The notes: generated by a model not told the origin, from the letters alone. A stretch of DNA of 64,000 bases from Lytechinus pictus (GCF_037042905.1 NC_087245.1:35466001-35530000), one strand, 5' to 3'; positions 1-39,152 are shown, counted from the stretch's first letter. Program-made: numbers and translations.

Positions 1-1100
1 TCAATAATCTTATTAACACATACAAATGAAATGTAAAGCTAATTTAGTAAATTTTAATTCCTATAATACCACAATCTTAAGTTTAGCATTGACTGTAATA
101 CGGTTGTGGTTACCATTTAGATGATCTGTGAGAATAATATTGATGGAGGGCTTCAAAAGATTACTGTTGTCGCAAATTTCTTGCGAAAATAAAAGTCCAG
201 TTTCCTGTCAAAACTGACACCATATGCCCAATGAAATAGATGTCATAGCAATAAACCTGAAAAGAAAACCATTTTTTTGGGGGGGGGGGGGTCGCCTCTA
301 CTAGTTTAATGAAATGTCTGTCGACAAAATTTTCCATGTACAGTATATTTAAGGGGTAGTCCGTGCTAAAAATAGTTCTATCTCAATAAAAAGAGGAAAC
401 TTTATTCATCAAAATTTTATAACCAGAACAAAGTTATTGAATTTTAAAGTCAATCAATATTTTGCGAAAACAATAATTTGCGATTATTTTGGGAACACGA
501 CATCATGAATATTCTTTGGGCTGAAAATGCCATGTCCCACTTTTCTTTACCCCATGTTATTAACATGATATCATAATTATTTGATATTTTCATACATGTC
601 TGTATGATATGTCTCTCTTATAACAAAATAAATTTCATCAAAATCGGATGTAAAATTAGAAAGTTTTGACATTGAAATTTTGCTTATTTTTCACAAAAAA
701 TACGCAAATGATAGAGACGATGATGTCCCTCACTCACTTTTTTGTTTTATTGTTTGTATTATACAATATTTCAAATTACACATTTGATAATAATGACCAA
801 CTTGATTGAACCACAAAATTGTAAAAACATTGAAGAAGACTCGCTGACATGATGGACCTAAAAGGTCATACCCTCCATTTAAAGCAATTTCCCAGCCAAA
901 CGTAACTATGTATAGTGGTTTCAGAGGAGATTGAGATTTATGTTGCTGTCATCGTTGAATGGATGATCCATATCTTATCATATTGCTCCATAATTTAAGC
1001 GATGAGACAAGACAAGACACAAACCGGGTGTAATGCCTCATTCACATGCAGGGTGAAAGCGATTCCAGATCTATGCAGAGATCTCTTCTACGTTAAATCC

Positions 1101-1322
<222 letters not shown>

Positions 1323-1514
1323 TTTTCAATTTTAATTTCATTTCAGTCCGGAAGGAGGTCGTACTATATCCCCCGGAATAATAAGAATAAAGGAAATAAT
1401 TATATAAGCCCCTCTATTTTGGGGAGTGATTGCATATAGGGGTAGGAACATAGGGAAAATTATCATGGTTATTGAAAAGAGACGACAAGAAGGCTTATCT
1501 GCAACTACGCAAAT

Positions 1515-1880
1515 GTTAATACTAATAATAATAATGATGATAATGATAATAATAATAATGATAATAATAATAATAATGATGATAATGATAATAATAATAA
1601 TAATGATGATAATGATAACAATAATAACAATAATAATAATAATAATAATAATATTAATAATAATAATATTAATAATTATGATAATAATAATAATAATAAT
1701 AATGATGATAGGCATTTATATAGCGCCGTCTATCTAGAATATTATATTACGAGGCGCGTTGTTGTTATCATTATTACCCCCAGCTTTAGCTCGAGCTGCC
1801 TTTTAGCGCCTATATGCGTTCAAGGAAATAATCCCGCCAGGTACCCATTCACCTCACCTGGGTTGAGTGCAGCACAATGT
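1515..1880 (-). mobile_element. 3' part of a SINE with expanded (ATT/ATC)n tail
   Basis: Minus strand ends ...GCGCTATATAAATGCC followed by (ATT/ATC)n (1515-1710); body resembles the SINE at 51550-52250. Confidence 0.6.
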
Positions 1881-4800
1881 AAAGTTTATGTTCAGTTCAG
1901 TTCGAACGTTTTTATTGCTCATGTATCAAATGAACAGTTAAAATATTATACACAGAGTGGTGCATAAATATTAAAGTAAATTGGCAATAAACCTTAGATA
2001 CGTATACAAAATCAACAGCTTGATTACACGTGATGTATAAAACATGCGAGATATTGATATACCCAAACGATTATAACATAAAGCAAGTAATGTCAAACTG
2101 CTACAAAATATGCTCAAAGAGTAACGCTATGTAAACAAATCGGGAAATCCTCACTTTCTGAAGAAAAAAATTACTGTTAAACGGCGCAATAAAAACCACC
2201 ACCACCACCACCATACACACCTGGCTCCGGACCTGGCTGCGTTCTCATGCAAATATATGGGGGTTTGGGGGTAAAACATTACTGTTTTTTTTCTCGAAAC
2301 AATGATGATAAAATATACATGTAGTTTTTTATATATTTCTATTTCATCTTAAAATGTGAATCGAAATCAAATTTCACCTATTGGAGAATTTATTTTTATT
2401 TTTAAAAATGAAGGTAAGGAATGCTAACAAAAATGTAAACACAATTGCTAAAAGAGATAAAAAGGCAGTGTCGGTGGGAAGTAGATAGCCGTTTTAAATG
2501 GACCATCGACGAGAAGTCTTGATAACAAATTTTGATAAAGCTACACATCACTCAATATCTGTCTGAAAACACCTACAATGAAAGTGGGCGGTCTTATTCT
2601 CCACATTGCAGTTGGGTACCGTCGAAGAAAGATCGAAAACGTGAATAAGTTCCTTCCTAAATTTAGAAACGCCTAAAGCAATTTGAGATACGATCATCAT
2701 TCTATATCCATTAAAATGTTCTATTTTTAATCATCTAAAAACGAATACGACACACCAATGTGGTATTTTGTTTTAAAGTTGGGAGTGGCTTCCAAAATAA
2801 TATGAGAAAAAAATCTGACATATACAGTGGTGTGGATTATCCACTCTTTTCTATTTTCGATTACCCCCTCTTGCTCTACGTTCTCTTTCTTCCTCTTTCC
2901 CCCTCCCTTCTCTTTATAGAAAATAAAGAAAAAAAGTACATAATAATGAAACCGTACATATTCATAATGTATAACCATTAATTATGATCATAACAAAATA
3001 TAATACTTTCAAAGAATTATAAATTTTATGTTCTTTGGTAGAGGTACCACTTTTCTCAAGAAGTATTCATCGCCCTTGTTTTATAGATATATGATTTCCA
3101 CAATAAAACGGAACAAAAATATATCAAAATGATAGCAGCTGTAAATGAATTGCAAAGTTGTCATCACGGACAATCAAATCTGAATTATATTTCTGACCTT
3201 TTTGTTGTATAATTGTAAGTTTAAAACAAGTTTTTCCCCAATACACAATTATCAGAATCCCATGCTAGTAATATCTACTGAAATCTCACTTATGCATGAC
3301 TCAATCAACCAACTGTTTCTCATTTATATGTGAATAATTTTTTAAGTGTATATACAATCTTCAAATGTAAGTAATAATCAATGTAAACATTGCACAATTA
3401 GTCTTCGGACTACAGCATTGTATTCTGTTTTTATATCTAATAAACCGAATTGAATTGAATTGAATAGTGATGATCATAATTGTTACACATATAATGATTA
3501 TGATAAAGGTTGACTGAGATATTATATGGCTGCATCATAAAAGCGCCGTCTGAAAGTCACTTCAGCACAGTCTCCAAGCTGCCTGTTTTAATTTTGGAAA
3601 GAAAAATTATCTGATTCCCAGAAAGTGTGATCGCTTTGGATATCTGTCTAAATTTATCCCGAGTGGGAAGCAAAAATAAAATGTCCAGAGTCATTCTCGT
3701 ATGTGTCACTTTCTGTTAGTTGAGGTTGGATAACTCCTTCAATTTCCCAGCCTTGATTTCAATCAAAATTGAAGACCGAATTTCTACAGTTGATTTTTTT
3801 CTCTCTCAAATTATGTTAGAACATTCGAACATTGACGCACATGTAAGAAGATTTGGTGTTTAGCCAACGAAAAACATTCATGTTTGCTTTGGTTGTATAG
3901 TAGGTTATTTTGGTGATTTACTTCGAGTCGATGGCAACAAAGAAAGTGACTTTTATCTGTATCCAAGCGAACTGCAAACATTATTTATTTGTTTGGATTT
4001 CAATGTGACATTATACTTTTACAGAAAGTTTTAGAAAGTTACTTTGCTTTCCAAAGTCTTTTGAAAGTGAAATAGGAACCCCCAGAGTATCACTATGATT
4101 GTGAAAAAAAAAAAAATAAAGTACAAAATTAATGATTACACTATCAGTGAAACATTTTGATAACCCCAATATATGCTGTTTGCTTGATAAAGAACTCTTC
4201 TTTCTCATGGTACAAAAAAGTTTTGAGATGTGATAGGTGTAATAAAATTGGAAATGCAATCCCTAGCACGTCCATATATTAATAAACCAGAATCTCAGTG
4301 ACCAATATTCCTTGGTCTCTTAAAGTATGATGGAATAGGGGATGAGTACATCCTCATTATTATTTCCATCCTCAATCATCATGATTGAGAATAATGCCTA
4401 AAACTTTTGTAAGACGATGGCATTTTGTGTGTGAGTGTGAGGGGGGTGTCAGTGTGTGTGGGCCGTCGGGCACTCTTTCTTTCCCCTTCGCTATCCCTTT
4501 CCGTCATTTTCTTTGTTTAGACGATTCCCCCACGGGGGAAAACCCACATCTTTGCGTTACTATATACACCCCAGTACCCCATAATTCGCTCATCTCTTCT
4601 AAATTTTCTCTCATTACTTCAGAAATGTTGATGGGGGGAAATGGGGTGCAACTCTTTCACCACAAAAATAACAAGTGAGAATAAAAAAAGACACATGAGC
4701 TTTTGAGGTAGAAACCATAAAAACCAGTCGCATGACTTCAAATAACAAAGCTGAGATTTTCCCCATTTCCATATTCCTTATTGGCTTATGTTAATTTGAG

Positions 4801-6956
4801 GGGCGATTCTATTGATTTAATGACTTCCCCGTCCAACCAAAAGCACATATGATTTTGTTTTACAGTGAAGAAAGAAATGAAGCGGGAGGGCGCTTGGGAG
4901 TAGGGGAGATCGGACGGGACAAACTCTTAAAAGCATTATAGTTTAATCTTACCGATTATACTCATTCATGATAAGGACTACTTATTAAAAAGAAAGTAAA
5001 AAAAAAGAAGAATAATAATATTATAAACACTTACTGTTATCATTAGAATAATAGGATGAGAAGAGCAAAACGGGGAAAAGTTCATAAAAAAATAATGAAA
5101 TTATTTAATTCTAAATTTCGGTAATATTTTGTGAAAATAGTTAAATTCATGTCGCCATGAATAGGTTGGCTGAATATGTAATTTCCCCATATTCCCCTTT
5201 CCTTGTGATCATAATTATATTACATGAAATCCTGATTATACCACATTTTTATACATTTGTGTAAAATACGTCTCTCTAGACTCTCTTGTAACAAAATGAG
5301 ATTCATCAATGAGTAGTTTACATTGTAAATCAGTTGTCTTTTTTTTTACAACTTGAAGGCCAAAAATCTGAAAAAAAAGATGGGAGACGACACCGTCATA
5401 TTCAAAAGAACATGCTTAGAAACGTTTCAACGAAATAATGCAAAACTTTATTTCGTAACTTTGTTATTATCAAATATCAGATGTTCAAGATAATACTAAT
5501 ACCACCACTAATAATAATTAGTGGTGGGTGTCAAAATTTGAGACGATTCAGATTTTACACTGAGGAGAGCATGGTTTTGAATGATGAAACTCACTATCTG
5601 ACTGACGCTAAAACTAATACAATCTTCATAATCTTGTCGGAATATGCTTATAGCCATGCTGGTTTGAAGGACATTGCGTGGGAACATCAGGAAAGAAGTC
5701 CCTCTGTTAATGCACGAAACAGGAACTTTGAGAAGGCCCCAGTTCCTACAAATAGAGTTCGGTCAGGGGAAGAAAATCTGTGTAAAAGAGACATTGTGCC
5801 CAAGATCCCAATTAAACTTGACAATATTACCACACAAAATTAATGACATACACCCATATTAAAATTGACAATATTACCACACAACATAGATTACATATAC
5901 AGTCATATCAAAATATTGCTACACGAATATTTGACGTCTTAGGAGCAGTTGCCATAGAGACTGTGCTTCTCAGCCAATCAAAACGAAGGAAAGTTCTCTT
6001 GATTTTTTTTCACATATCGTGTAATCTATTCGATGAGTTTTCCGTAATAATCGCGTATCTTTTCAGAATTCATTATCACAGAGAAAAGATGTTGTTGAAA
6101 ATTTGTTTTTGTTTCAGATTGCCTTTGTGTTCCAAACTATTTCCTAATGTTTCTCATAGGATAGAAAAAATTAGGATAATACAGTGTATCGATCAATTTT
6201 TCCTTGACCTCCGTAAGATTTTAAAATGAAAAAAAAAAACAGTTAAACATAAAATAAAAATAAACTAGTGTAAACAAAGAAATACATGTAGGCCTACGTA
6301 AAATGTGTATTTTTACCCCCAAATTCGCATAATACATGAACGCATAACTATTACATTTTGATAAAATATTTTTAAATAAAGATATACTTTTTCTTAATAA
6401 ATGTACGTTTTTATCTACTTTCAAAATTGAAGAAATTATTGAAAATTAGAAAAAAAACTCATTCAATCGACAGCGAAGCTCTGTATGTACCGATTAGTAC
6501 CAAGGTAGTTTGATTTTTGCGATAAATTACTGGGATGGGCCGAGGCTGGAAAGAGAGGGGGGGGGGGGGTCTAGGCGTAAAAAAGAGTCATCATGGTCAT
6601 GGGGTGGGGTATTGACGGCCCGGGCCCTTTCCTAGATAGCAGAGATCGATCCATGGTTTAACAATCTATAAGATGAAGAGCAAGAAGAAGACCTAAATAA
6701 GTTGACCTTTGAGACAGATATCTTCAGGAAGATCGGATGTGGCGATTGGAATGACCTTCATGACGTCATACTAAAGGTCTATGAGAAGGAGATCGACGGC
6801 CATGGAAATATTAACCTTAGCCTACTTTTTTCGATATCATACCATTATTACTATAAAACGTATTAGTTTAATGAAGAAAAAGAAATCCAACAAAATTAAT
6901 GTAACATCAAGTGCAGCACACAAATGCAATATATTCTAAATATCTTTGAAGAGTTT

Positions 6957-6987
<31 letters not shown>

Positions 6988-7317
6988 GGGGCAAATATTT
7001 TCATCCTCATTTTCCCGGATTGGCAGCTCAAAGGGATAAAAGCTAGACGGAGGGTGTAGTCATGAAGACTTAAATTTATGTAGGCCTACATTCTAACTTC
7101 ATCTGTAATTTTACAGACTTTCAGGGATTCCGAAGGCGTCTACATGGATCCCTCCCCCTGATCAACCCGGACCTGATCCGAGGTGGTCCCGCGTTTAAGT
7201 ATATATGTGACCGGGACTTATTAAAGGTTTCTTTTATTTTTCTTTACTTATCGAATTCAACCGGTTTTTAGGGTGTACTTTTCATTTATAAGTCTTCATC
7301 TATTGTCAGAAATGATG

Positions 7318-7892
7318 TAATATTATACAGATATTGCCTACCTAGAGTTTGAATATAACATTTCCTCTCCCCGACGGAGTTATATTTTTCCCAATGGATT
7401 ATGTTATGCCCGAAGCGCGCAGCGCTGAGGGAAAATATTATCCCGAGGGAAAAATATAGCTTCGGAGGGGAGATGAAATGTTATTTATTAAAACGATAGA
7501 CCAGGCAATATCTGTTATATTATATAGTCTATGTGGATTCGCCATCAGAAATTGCATTCATCATCTGGCTCAAACCCGAAATTCTTGCTACAGCTCTGAT
7601 CCATCTACGTCATAATAGATTTTTTTATAAAAATACATCAAGCGCGTTCTTCATGCAATCGACGCGTTAACATTAGCGCGTACATCAAATAAACTGCCTT
7701 GTTACGCAACTTGTATGCAGCGAGTGACGTCACCTTAGTGAATATAACGCCGCAATTGACAATACAACGCAGTATATTCCCTGAGGTGACATCAAAACCT
7801 AGAATATAACAAACGCGATCCTCGCAGCTATGGTCACGTGATGACGTATTGACCTATCACTGATTCGAATCTACTTAACCTATGTAATATAA
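7318..7892. mobile_element. Unclassified non-autonomous element with an asymmetric ~200-bp hairpin at one end
   Basis: acagatattgcct...aggcaatatctgt and tatatttttccc...gggaaaaatata inverted pairs around a central cccgaagcgcgcagcgctgaggg; right boundary approximate. Confidence 0.5.
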
Positions 7893-8049
7893 ATGCATAT
7901 TTCAAACTTCAGAACTTAGCATGCAGAAATAAGTACACATCAAAAATTGCAAACATAGCATAAAAATGTTACAAACATATGGGGCAAAAACAAATGAATG
8001 TGACAGAATATCTGTCTAAAAGCTTTATAATAAACAGTGATAACTAAAG

Positions 8050-8441
8050 TAATATTATTATTATTATTTGTTTGGCGTCACCTGTGCCTGGGAGGCGAAA
8101 AGCGAACTGATTCACTATGACCCGCAGGTCTCTCCTCCCGATATAACTGATTGGGGGGAGTGCAGGTGGACCACTACACCGGAGTTTCCCCCTACTCTTA
8201 TACGAATAGTGCAGTGGGTTCATAAAGTGCAAAGGTGGTGACTCTCCTCTACACGGGGCCTCCATTTAACATCCTATCCGAGGGACGGAGAGTTTTCCAT
8301 TGTAACATAGCCTGCATCTATGAAACATGGGAGAGACGTTTACACACAACGCACTGGCTTCAGTCATCCGCCTGGGGTGGACTTGAACCCATGATCTTTG
8401 TTCGACGGGCAGACGCGTTACTGACTGAGCCAACACCGCTC
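8050..8441 (-). mobile_element. tRNA-derived SINE with a Deu-domain-like core
   Basis: Minus-strand head has box A (TGGCTCAGTCAG) and box B (GGTTCAAGTCC); core cctactct...ggggcctccatttaacatcctatccgagggacgg resembles the DeuSINE domain as I recall it; (AAT)n tail. Confidence 0.75.
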
Positions 8442-10950
8442 TCAAATTAATCATATCAATTACTTGCGATTGTAAATGACGAACACTTAATTATAACAAA
8501 AATAAAAAACCGATAAATTCAATCTAATTTCATTTCCCTCAAGAGGAGAATTTATTAGCTGAACAATTCAACTAAATCTGTATTTACAAAAGACAATAGG
8601 TAAATCTTTATTACTCTACATGTAACACCAAATATGATAGGTTTGTTAAAGAATCGTAATGTAGAATTCTATTAGGTAATACTACCACATCAGAAGTCAA
8701 TAGTCTGGTCGGAAAGCACATTTATGCATTCAATGTGAATGAGGTCATTCAATATCAACCAAACCACCTTTGATCAATGTACAGTGTACATCCAACAATA
8801 TATTGCCCTAGTTAAAGTATTTTTTTAAATTTGAAATGCATCAAGTCTAACAAGTCAAGTTGGAAGGGATTCCATTACGAGAGAAACTGTCTATCAGAAT
8901 TCATATATTAAAGACATTTCACTGCCAACATCTCATTGGAAATCTTTTCAATATGTTAAGAAAAACAAAATCATGGATTCAAATAATTCACAAATTTCAG
9001 TACTTAAGCCCAAATATAATAATTTTACTATCTCTATTTCAGAATGCATTCACACTATCATGAAATTACCCAAAACTATTTAGAAGCATCAGAAAATGTA
9101 TTCATCCACATTCTGGATAATTTAGTTAGAATTCATGATACAAGTGAATTTCATGGTGGTATGGGTGGATTGTATTGAATGTGAATTGTATGGTGAATTG
9201 TATGGTGCTATGCATAAATGCATCTTCAAGATTGTAATGCTTTTTCAACTAGCCTCTTGTCCTTCATTTACAATGGTGGCTAATTTTATGTGGTAACCAT
9301 ACTCCCTTCCGAGTGGTGTAACGACACAACCTACATGTTAACACTATCGCTATCCCCTTTCAACTTTATATGCCTTCATGATTACATCATTTGCACAATT
9401 GAAATAAAACTTTACCATTGCAGATACAGCCCCTCAAAGGTGTTATAACATGAAGCAGGATATAATGATAAAACCTGGGGGGGGGGGGGGGAGATTTCAC
9501 AAATGTCACACTTAAATTCCCAGTAACTTGTGTGCGGTGTAAAAGACATCACTACATTGGTCAAACCATGCTAAGATAACATGCACTACTGCGTATTCAT
9601 CAATAGGATTCCATGTTACACAATCATGTGCGCGTTGGCATTTAAGCATGACTCTAAGTCATTCTTTTTGTGAAACACCCCCCCCCCCTCTCTCTCTCTG
9701 GGGAGTTAAATCTGACTTAAAACTCCTGCTCAATGCTCATTCACAGAAATTTAAATTTGAAATCTCATGGATATATGAGTGGTGGTAGAGTGCATCCCAT
9801 GAACGCATTCCGAGTTATGTGGTGATATGTTATACTAGTATACCACAGCAACTGAAAATATTAATAGGAGAGTGAGCAACAGTTACAACTTGAATCTTGT
9901 GCGTTGCATTCCATGGGGGAGATATTGTGACCATCAGGTGTACTTAATGAACAAAAAGTCACTTTCTTTGTCTCGCCTACAAAAAGAAAGTTTGTGCAAT
10001 TATCTTCTTTCCTTTCTTACTTTTTTTCTGGATACAAAAGTGAACGAAGTAATTTAAGATTCTGGTAGCTCATCAAGTTGTATATGAATCTTGATGTGGT
10101 TATTAATAGCTGAATACCCCTAATGACAAATTGAAAACGTACATTGATAGCATATACATGTATATCTCATTTACAGGAAAAATATTAATATAAAAGGGGG
10201 GGGGGAATCTTCAAAATGATACAGCTCTCCATTAACTCACATCATGGGATTTCTTTCGTCTTAACTTATTTATAAATAAATTTTGAATCCCTGCAACACA
10301 GATTAAGAAATTCAAGTCTATAATTGATATCAGTCCTACATAATAACCCTCATTATCAATATTCAATACCAATTTTTTCATATAATAAATCATTTTATAC
10401 AAAGAAAAGTGCAAAATTACAACCAATCCTTAAGTAAATTGAATCTATCTTGCATTTGTTACACATTATCAATCTAGGAAAACATATCATTAACATCTTA
10501 ACTTCTAGATGTGTGAATTTAGAGGTAGAACAAAAACTTCTATCTTCTTTGCAATCAAACAGTAAATAAAATACATAATCATATAAGACATGGTTTATCA
10601 TTTACCATGCTAGTCATATCATGCTTTACAAAACTGTTTGATTTCACTAACAGAGTGCAATATAATTGGGGATCACATCACATCATAGATAGCATATAAA
10701 ATGGTTTTCATGTCAACATATGGAAGGATGTCCCTTAATGTCTCACTTTACCACAATTCTCAGCTTGATCTAAAACAAATCCAAAGGAGACCGCACTGGA
10801 AATAATTCAGTTTGGTATGCTGAGGCATAATAATTTTTATTCTACCAGATTATTCACTGACCAGACAATGTATGCTTGATTCATAGGGATGTATCTAGCT
10901 TCATTTAAATAATCAAGTATTTGAACAACATTTACTGGATGTATACTGCG

Positions 10951-11136
10951 CATAGGCGGCGGAAGCGGGGGGGACATGTCCCCCCCTAAATTTTTAGTTG
11001 ATAACCTTTTTTTTTTTTTTTTTTTGCTTGTCAATTTTTTTTTCCTGCGTCCCCCCTAAAATTTTTGGTTGATAACTTTTTTATTTATTTATTTTTTTTG
11101 CTGGTCAAAATTTTTTTTCGGCTTCCGCCGCCAATG
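10951..11136. mobile_element. hAT-type MITE
   Basis: 16-bp TIRs cataggcggcggaagc/gcttccgccgccaatg; perfect 8-bp TSD atactgcg (10943-10950, 11137-11144); second copy at 42160-42389. Confidence 0.9.
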
Positions 11137-11968
11137 ATACTGCGTACAACAAAATTCACACGATATCCACAACAGGAAACAACTGAACGATGGGCAAAAC
11201 AAAGCCAGAAATAATGCATTTCTCGGGTAATACAAAGTGTGTATATATTTATTTCATAATGATGATGTAAATGGAGCGCACATGAACACCATTCATGAAA
11301 TGATCTTAAAGAAACAAAACAAAACGGGAGATGGGTGATGGTAATAAACTAGGTTCATATTGCAGAAATATCTGAAACAAAAAACTCACTGGATAAACAA
11401 TTTATATTCCACAATTTTCATACGCTCCCCATCGTTTCCAAATAAGCATTGTGAGAAGACTATAAGCCTTGAGGGCTTTCTTGGGTATCACAGTATTCAA
11501 TGTAGCACACCCAAATTTAAATTAAGATAAGAGAGAACACAACATTCTACTTCGGCAGGAGCATTCAGAAATACACAGTTAACCCGGCACAACACACACA
11601 TTCCCACTTTAAAGCAAAAGACATTAAAAAAATAAGCACTTATCATTGATGACGTGACAAAATTATCTTGTAACAATATGCTTTTCGGGAAGCAGTAGAC
11701 ATGACTTCATGGAATATGGTTTCATATTCACTGCAGAAGGGTGATGGCAACTTTATCTTTGTAGTTTAAAATATACAGGGCCAAACCTTAGACCCCTGTT
11801 ACAAAATGATTGAAGTAGCCTCCATCTTTTACCATAATTTGAGTAATAATCAACTCACTGTTGATAGGAAAGTGACAACATTTATCAAACATCTTCGGTG
11901 AGACGACATTTATGAAATCTAATCCAGGGCCACATAGTTTTTATACTCACCATAGCTTCTGTGGTGTA

Positions 11969-12135
11969 CTGTCAAACTTGCTTTAGAAACCAGCTGTGTA
12001 GAAAGACCGTCAATAAAGACCACAACCTGGTTTCCTTATGATAATATTCTCTATCAAAACATGGTTTGAAGGGACATGTCCGTCAATTAAACCTTTTGGA
12101 CTCCCGACGGTGGTGGTTCTAGACAAGTTAAAATG
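11969..12135. mobile_element. Decayed Tc1/mariner-type MITE in the proximal SDHA 3' UTR
   Basis: TA-flanked, imperfect TIRs (ctgtcaaacttgctttagaaacca...ggtggttctagacaagttaaaatg), ~40 nt past the stop codon. Confidence 0.45.
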
Positions 12136-12177
12136 TATATATGTATAATCCTTCGTGATGTTCTGATGGATGCTTGT

Positions 12178-36826
<24,649 letters not shown>

Positions 36827-36829
36827 TTA

Positions 36830-37130
36830 TTGAAGGAGACAACACTGCAATCACTCAAATCTATTTTCCACAGATATTTAAATAGGTTTCTAATCTTTTC
36901 CTGTCGTCTTCGTCCCGGCTTCCCAATTTGCTCGGCTCAAATTTCTATTATGAAATATCCTGCATATCGGATTTCGCTTGTGTTCGTTCAGCGCTAGCGC
37001 TACACTAGCGGGTGTTCGTTTTGCGTATAAACTCGGTGATACTGGTGGAGTCAGCGAAAGCCACTTACGAAACTTGTCACAATTCTCGTTACATAATAAT
37101 GCTTGAGGAATTGGGGCGGGGAAGGAGGCC
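36830..37130 (-). promoter_or_regulatory. Putative SDHA 5' UTR and proximal promoter
   Basis: CpG-enriched sequence directly upstream of exon 1 with a GGGGCGGGG GC-box near 37113-37121; TSS not determinable. Confidence 0.45.
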
Positions 37131-37316
37131 CTTTTATTGGGTTTTTTTCCGGGTTTTTTGTCCCGTTTTTTTGTGTGCACAATATGCAAGGATGGGAAGG
37201 ATGTGCGACGTAGGTTCCTGCGACATTTGCACAGGGTTAGAGTTAGGATCGCAATAGACTTATTGGTTCAGAAGAATGGGGCCCGAGCATTAGGGTGAAG
37301 CTCAATGCGTGATAAG

Positions 37317-37636
37317 CATGGGCGGAAATCCCAGGGGGGACGCGTCCCCCTACCAAAAATAGTAGGGGGACACAGTATCGAATGTCTGGCCCTACTATTT
37401 TTGTTCTGTTATGATGGTTAGAAATACGTCATTCTTCACAATCGAAATAATACATGTATTTGGACTAAATGACCTTGTATATATTTTGGGTGAAAACCTT
37501 TTTTTTTGCTTGTCAAATATTTTTGTTTAAATGACCTTACATTTTGGGTGAAAAACTTTTTTTTTTTTTTTTTTTTTTGCTTATCAAATTTTGCAGCCCT
37601 GGTCCCCCTACCTTTGGGGACAGATTTCCGTCCATG
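37317..37636. mobile_element. hAT-type MITE ~490 bp upstream of the SDHA ATG
   Basis: TIRs catgggcggaaatc/gatttccgtccatg; perfect 8-bp TSD gtgataag. Confidence 0.9.
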
Positions 37637-37979
37637 GTGATAAGTACAAAAAAAAAGAGAGGGCACAGCATGGCGCGCGGAGCAAAAATTTCAAAAAAGT
37701 CCCAAGCGAGCGTGAACAAAATAACCTTTTTATGAAAATCTAACTTTGAGATTGATTTTGACAAGGTATTCAGAAAATAACATCATATCTTACATCTTCC
37801 TTTCCTTTCCTTTATATTTTTCATCTTTTCTTATTTGTTCTCGGTTGCATAACTTTTGGGGCCAGTGCTATGCGGATCGGGTTCGGGGTAATGGCATTAC
37901 AAGGAATTTTAACTCGGGGGAGGCAAAAGAACATTTGTGTGTGTGGGGGGGGGGGGGGGCAATACTCAAATATTTTGCC

Positions 37980-38660
37980 TATTTCTTAAAATCGAGCAAG
38001 AAGCGCGACCTATTTTTTTTATGTACACATGTAGACCCTATAACAGGAAAAGGGACTTGAAGCGAGCTGTTTGCACTGGGTCATGAAGGTGATATCTCAC
38101 CAGATGAAATAATGCGAGCGCGAAGAGCGAGCTGAAATTTTTTGATATCCTGAGATGATGACTGGACTTTCTAAGCACTTTTTGTAGTCATTAACTGGAT
38201 GGCTACCTAATTTATAAACAATTGATGCGAGCGCGTAGCGGGAGCTGAAAATAAAGTTTTGATTTATGAAAATTATGAATACGCAGGATGTGTATCTCGC
38301 TATAAAAGGAATAATGAAAACTCTAATCGCGAGAAGCATATTGACTTGAACATTGGATTTTTAAGCCCCATGTGAACAGATAATTTGCTTATCTCAGTCA
38401 ACAGTTACATGCGAGCGCGTAGCGCGAGCGAATTTATAATTTTATATAATGACATGAAAGATTAAAAAAAATGTTGGGAGCTAACAGTGAATGGATGAGA
38501 ATGTTTTAAAGAACGAAACAGCTGTTTTGGAGCACTTTGCAGCTTTAGTAGGATGCTTATGACAACATTTACGAAATAGTTTGAGGCAGAACAAGTAGCT
38601 AATGTGGAAATATTTGTAAAAGTCGCCAGCGAGCGAAGCGAGCCAGATTTTTTTTTGCCT
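37980..38660. repeat. Degenerate ~100-bp periodic repeat with a GCGAGCGCGNAGCGCGAGC motif
   Basis: Motif variants near 38115, 38227, 38328, 38411 and 38629. Confidence 0.6.
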
Positions 38661-39152
38661 TTTTAAATGATTTTGAAATGAAATTCTAATCATGTGATAG
38701 TAGATTTGGAAATTTAGCCAAACAAAAACAGGCTTTTTACGGTAAATCTTGCCAGCGAATGGCTTTACTTAGGTTAGGACATAACATACAATGATACAAA
38801 GGATATAACTAGCCCTTGGCTAAGGATTTTTGGGTCCTGATTGCGACCATTATCGCCTAAAATTTAGCAAGCTTATAACAAACGCCATCCACCTTTCTTC
38901 CCGTTCTTCATATTTTTCAATCCTCGGCAGCCCGATCGTGTTATTATAATAATTTTTTTTCTTGTCCATTTTCTTCATATTCTGGTTTTCCAATCTAGCT
39001 TTTAGCTCTACCCTCATTTCCAGTTTCTTTTTGCCTCTTTTCCCCCATTTTCCCGCCATTATTGCCCGTGCCATCGAGTCATATCTTTTGATTTCATATC
39101 CCTCTTTGCTAATCATGCTATTAGTATTTCAGGATATTTTGTACTGATCCTC

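Noticed and set aside
5481..5843. 120-aa ORF
   Set aside because: No recognisable domain or convincing splice context; runs into a short tandem duplication
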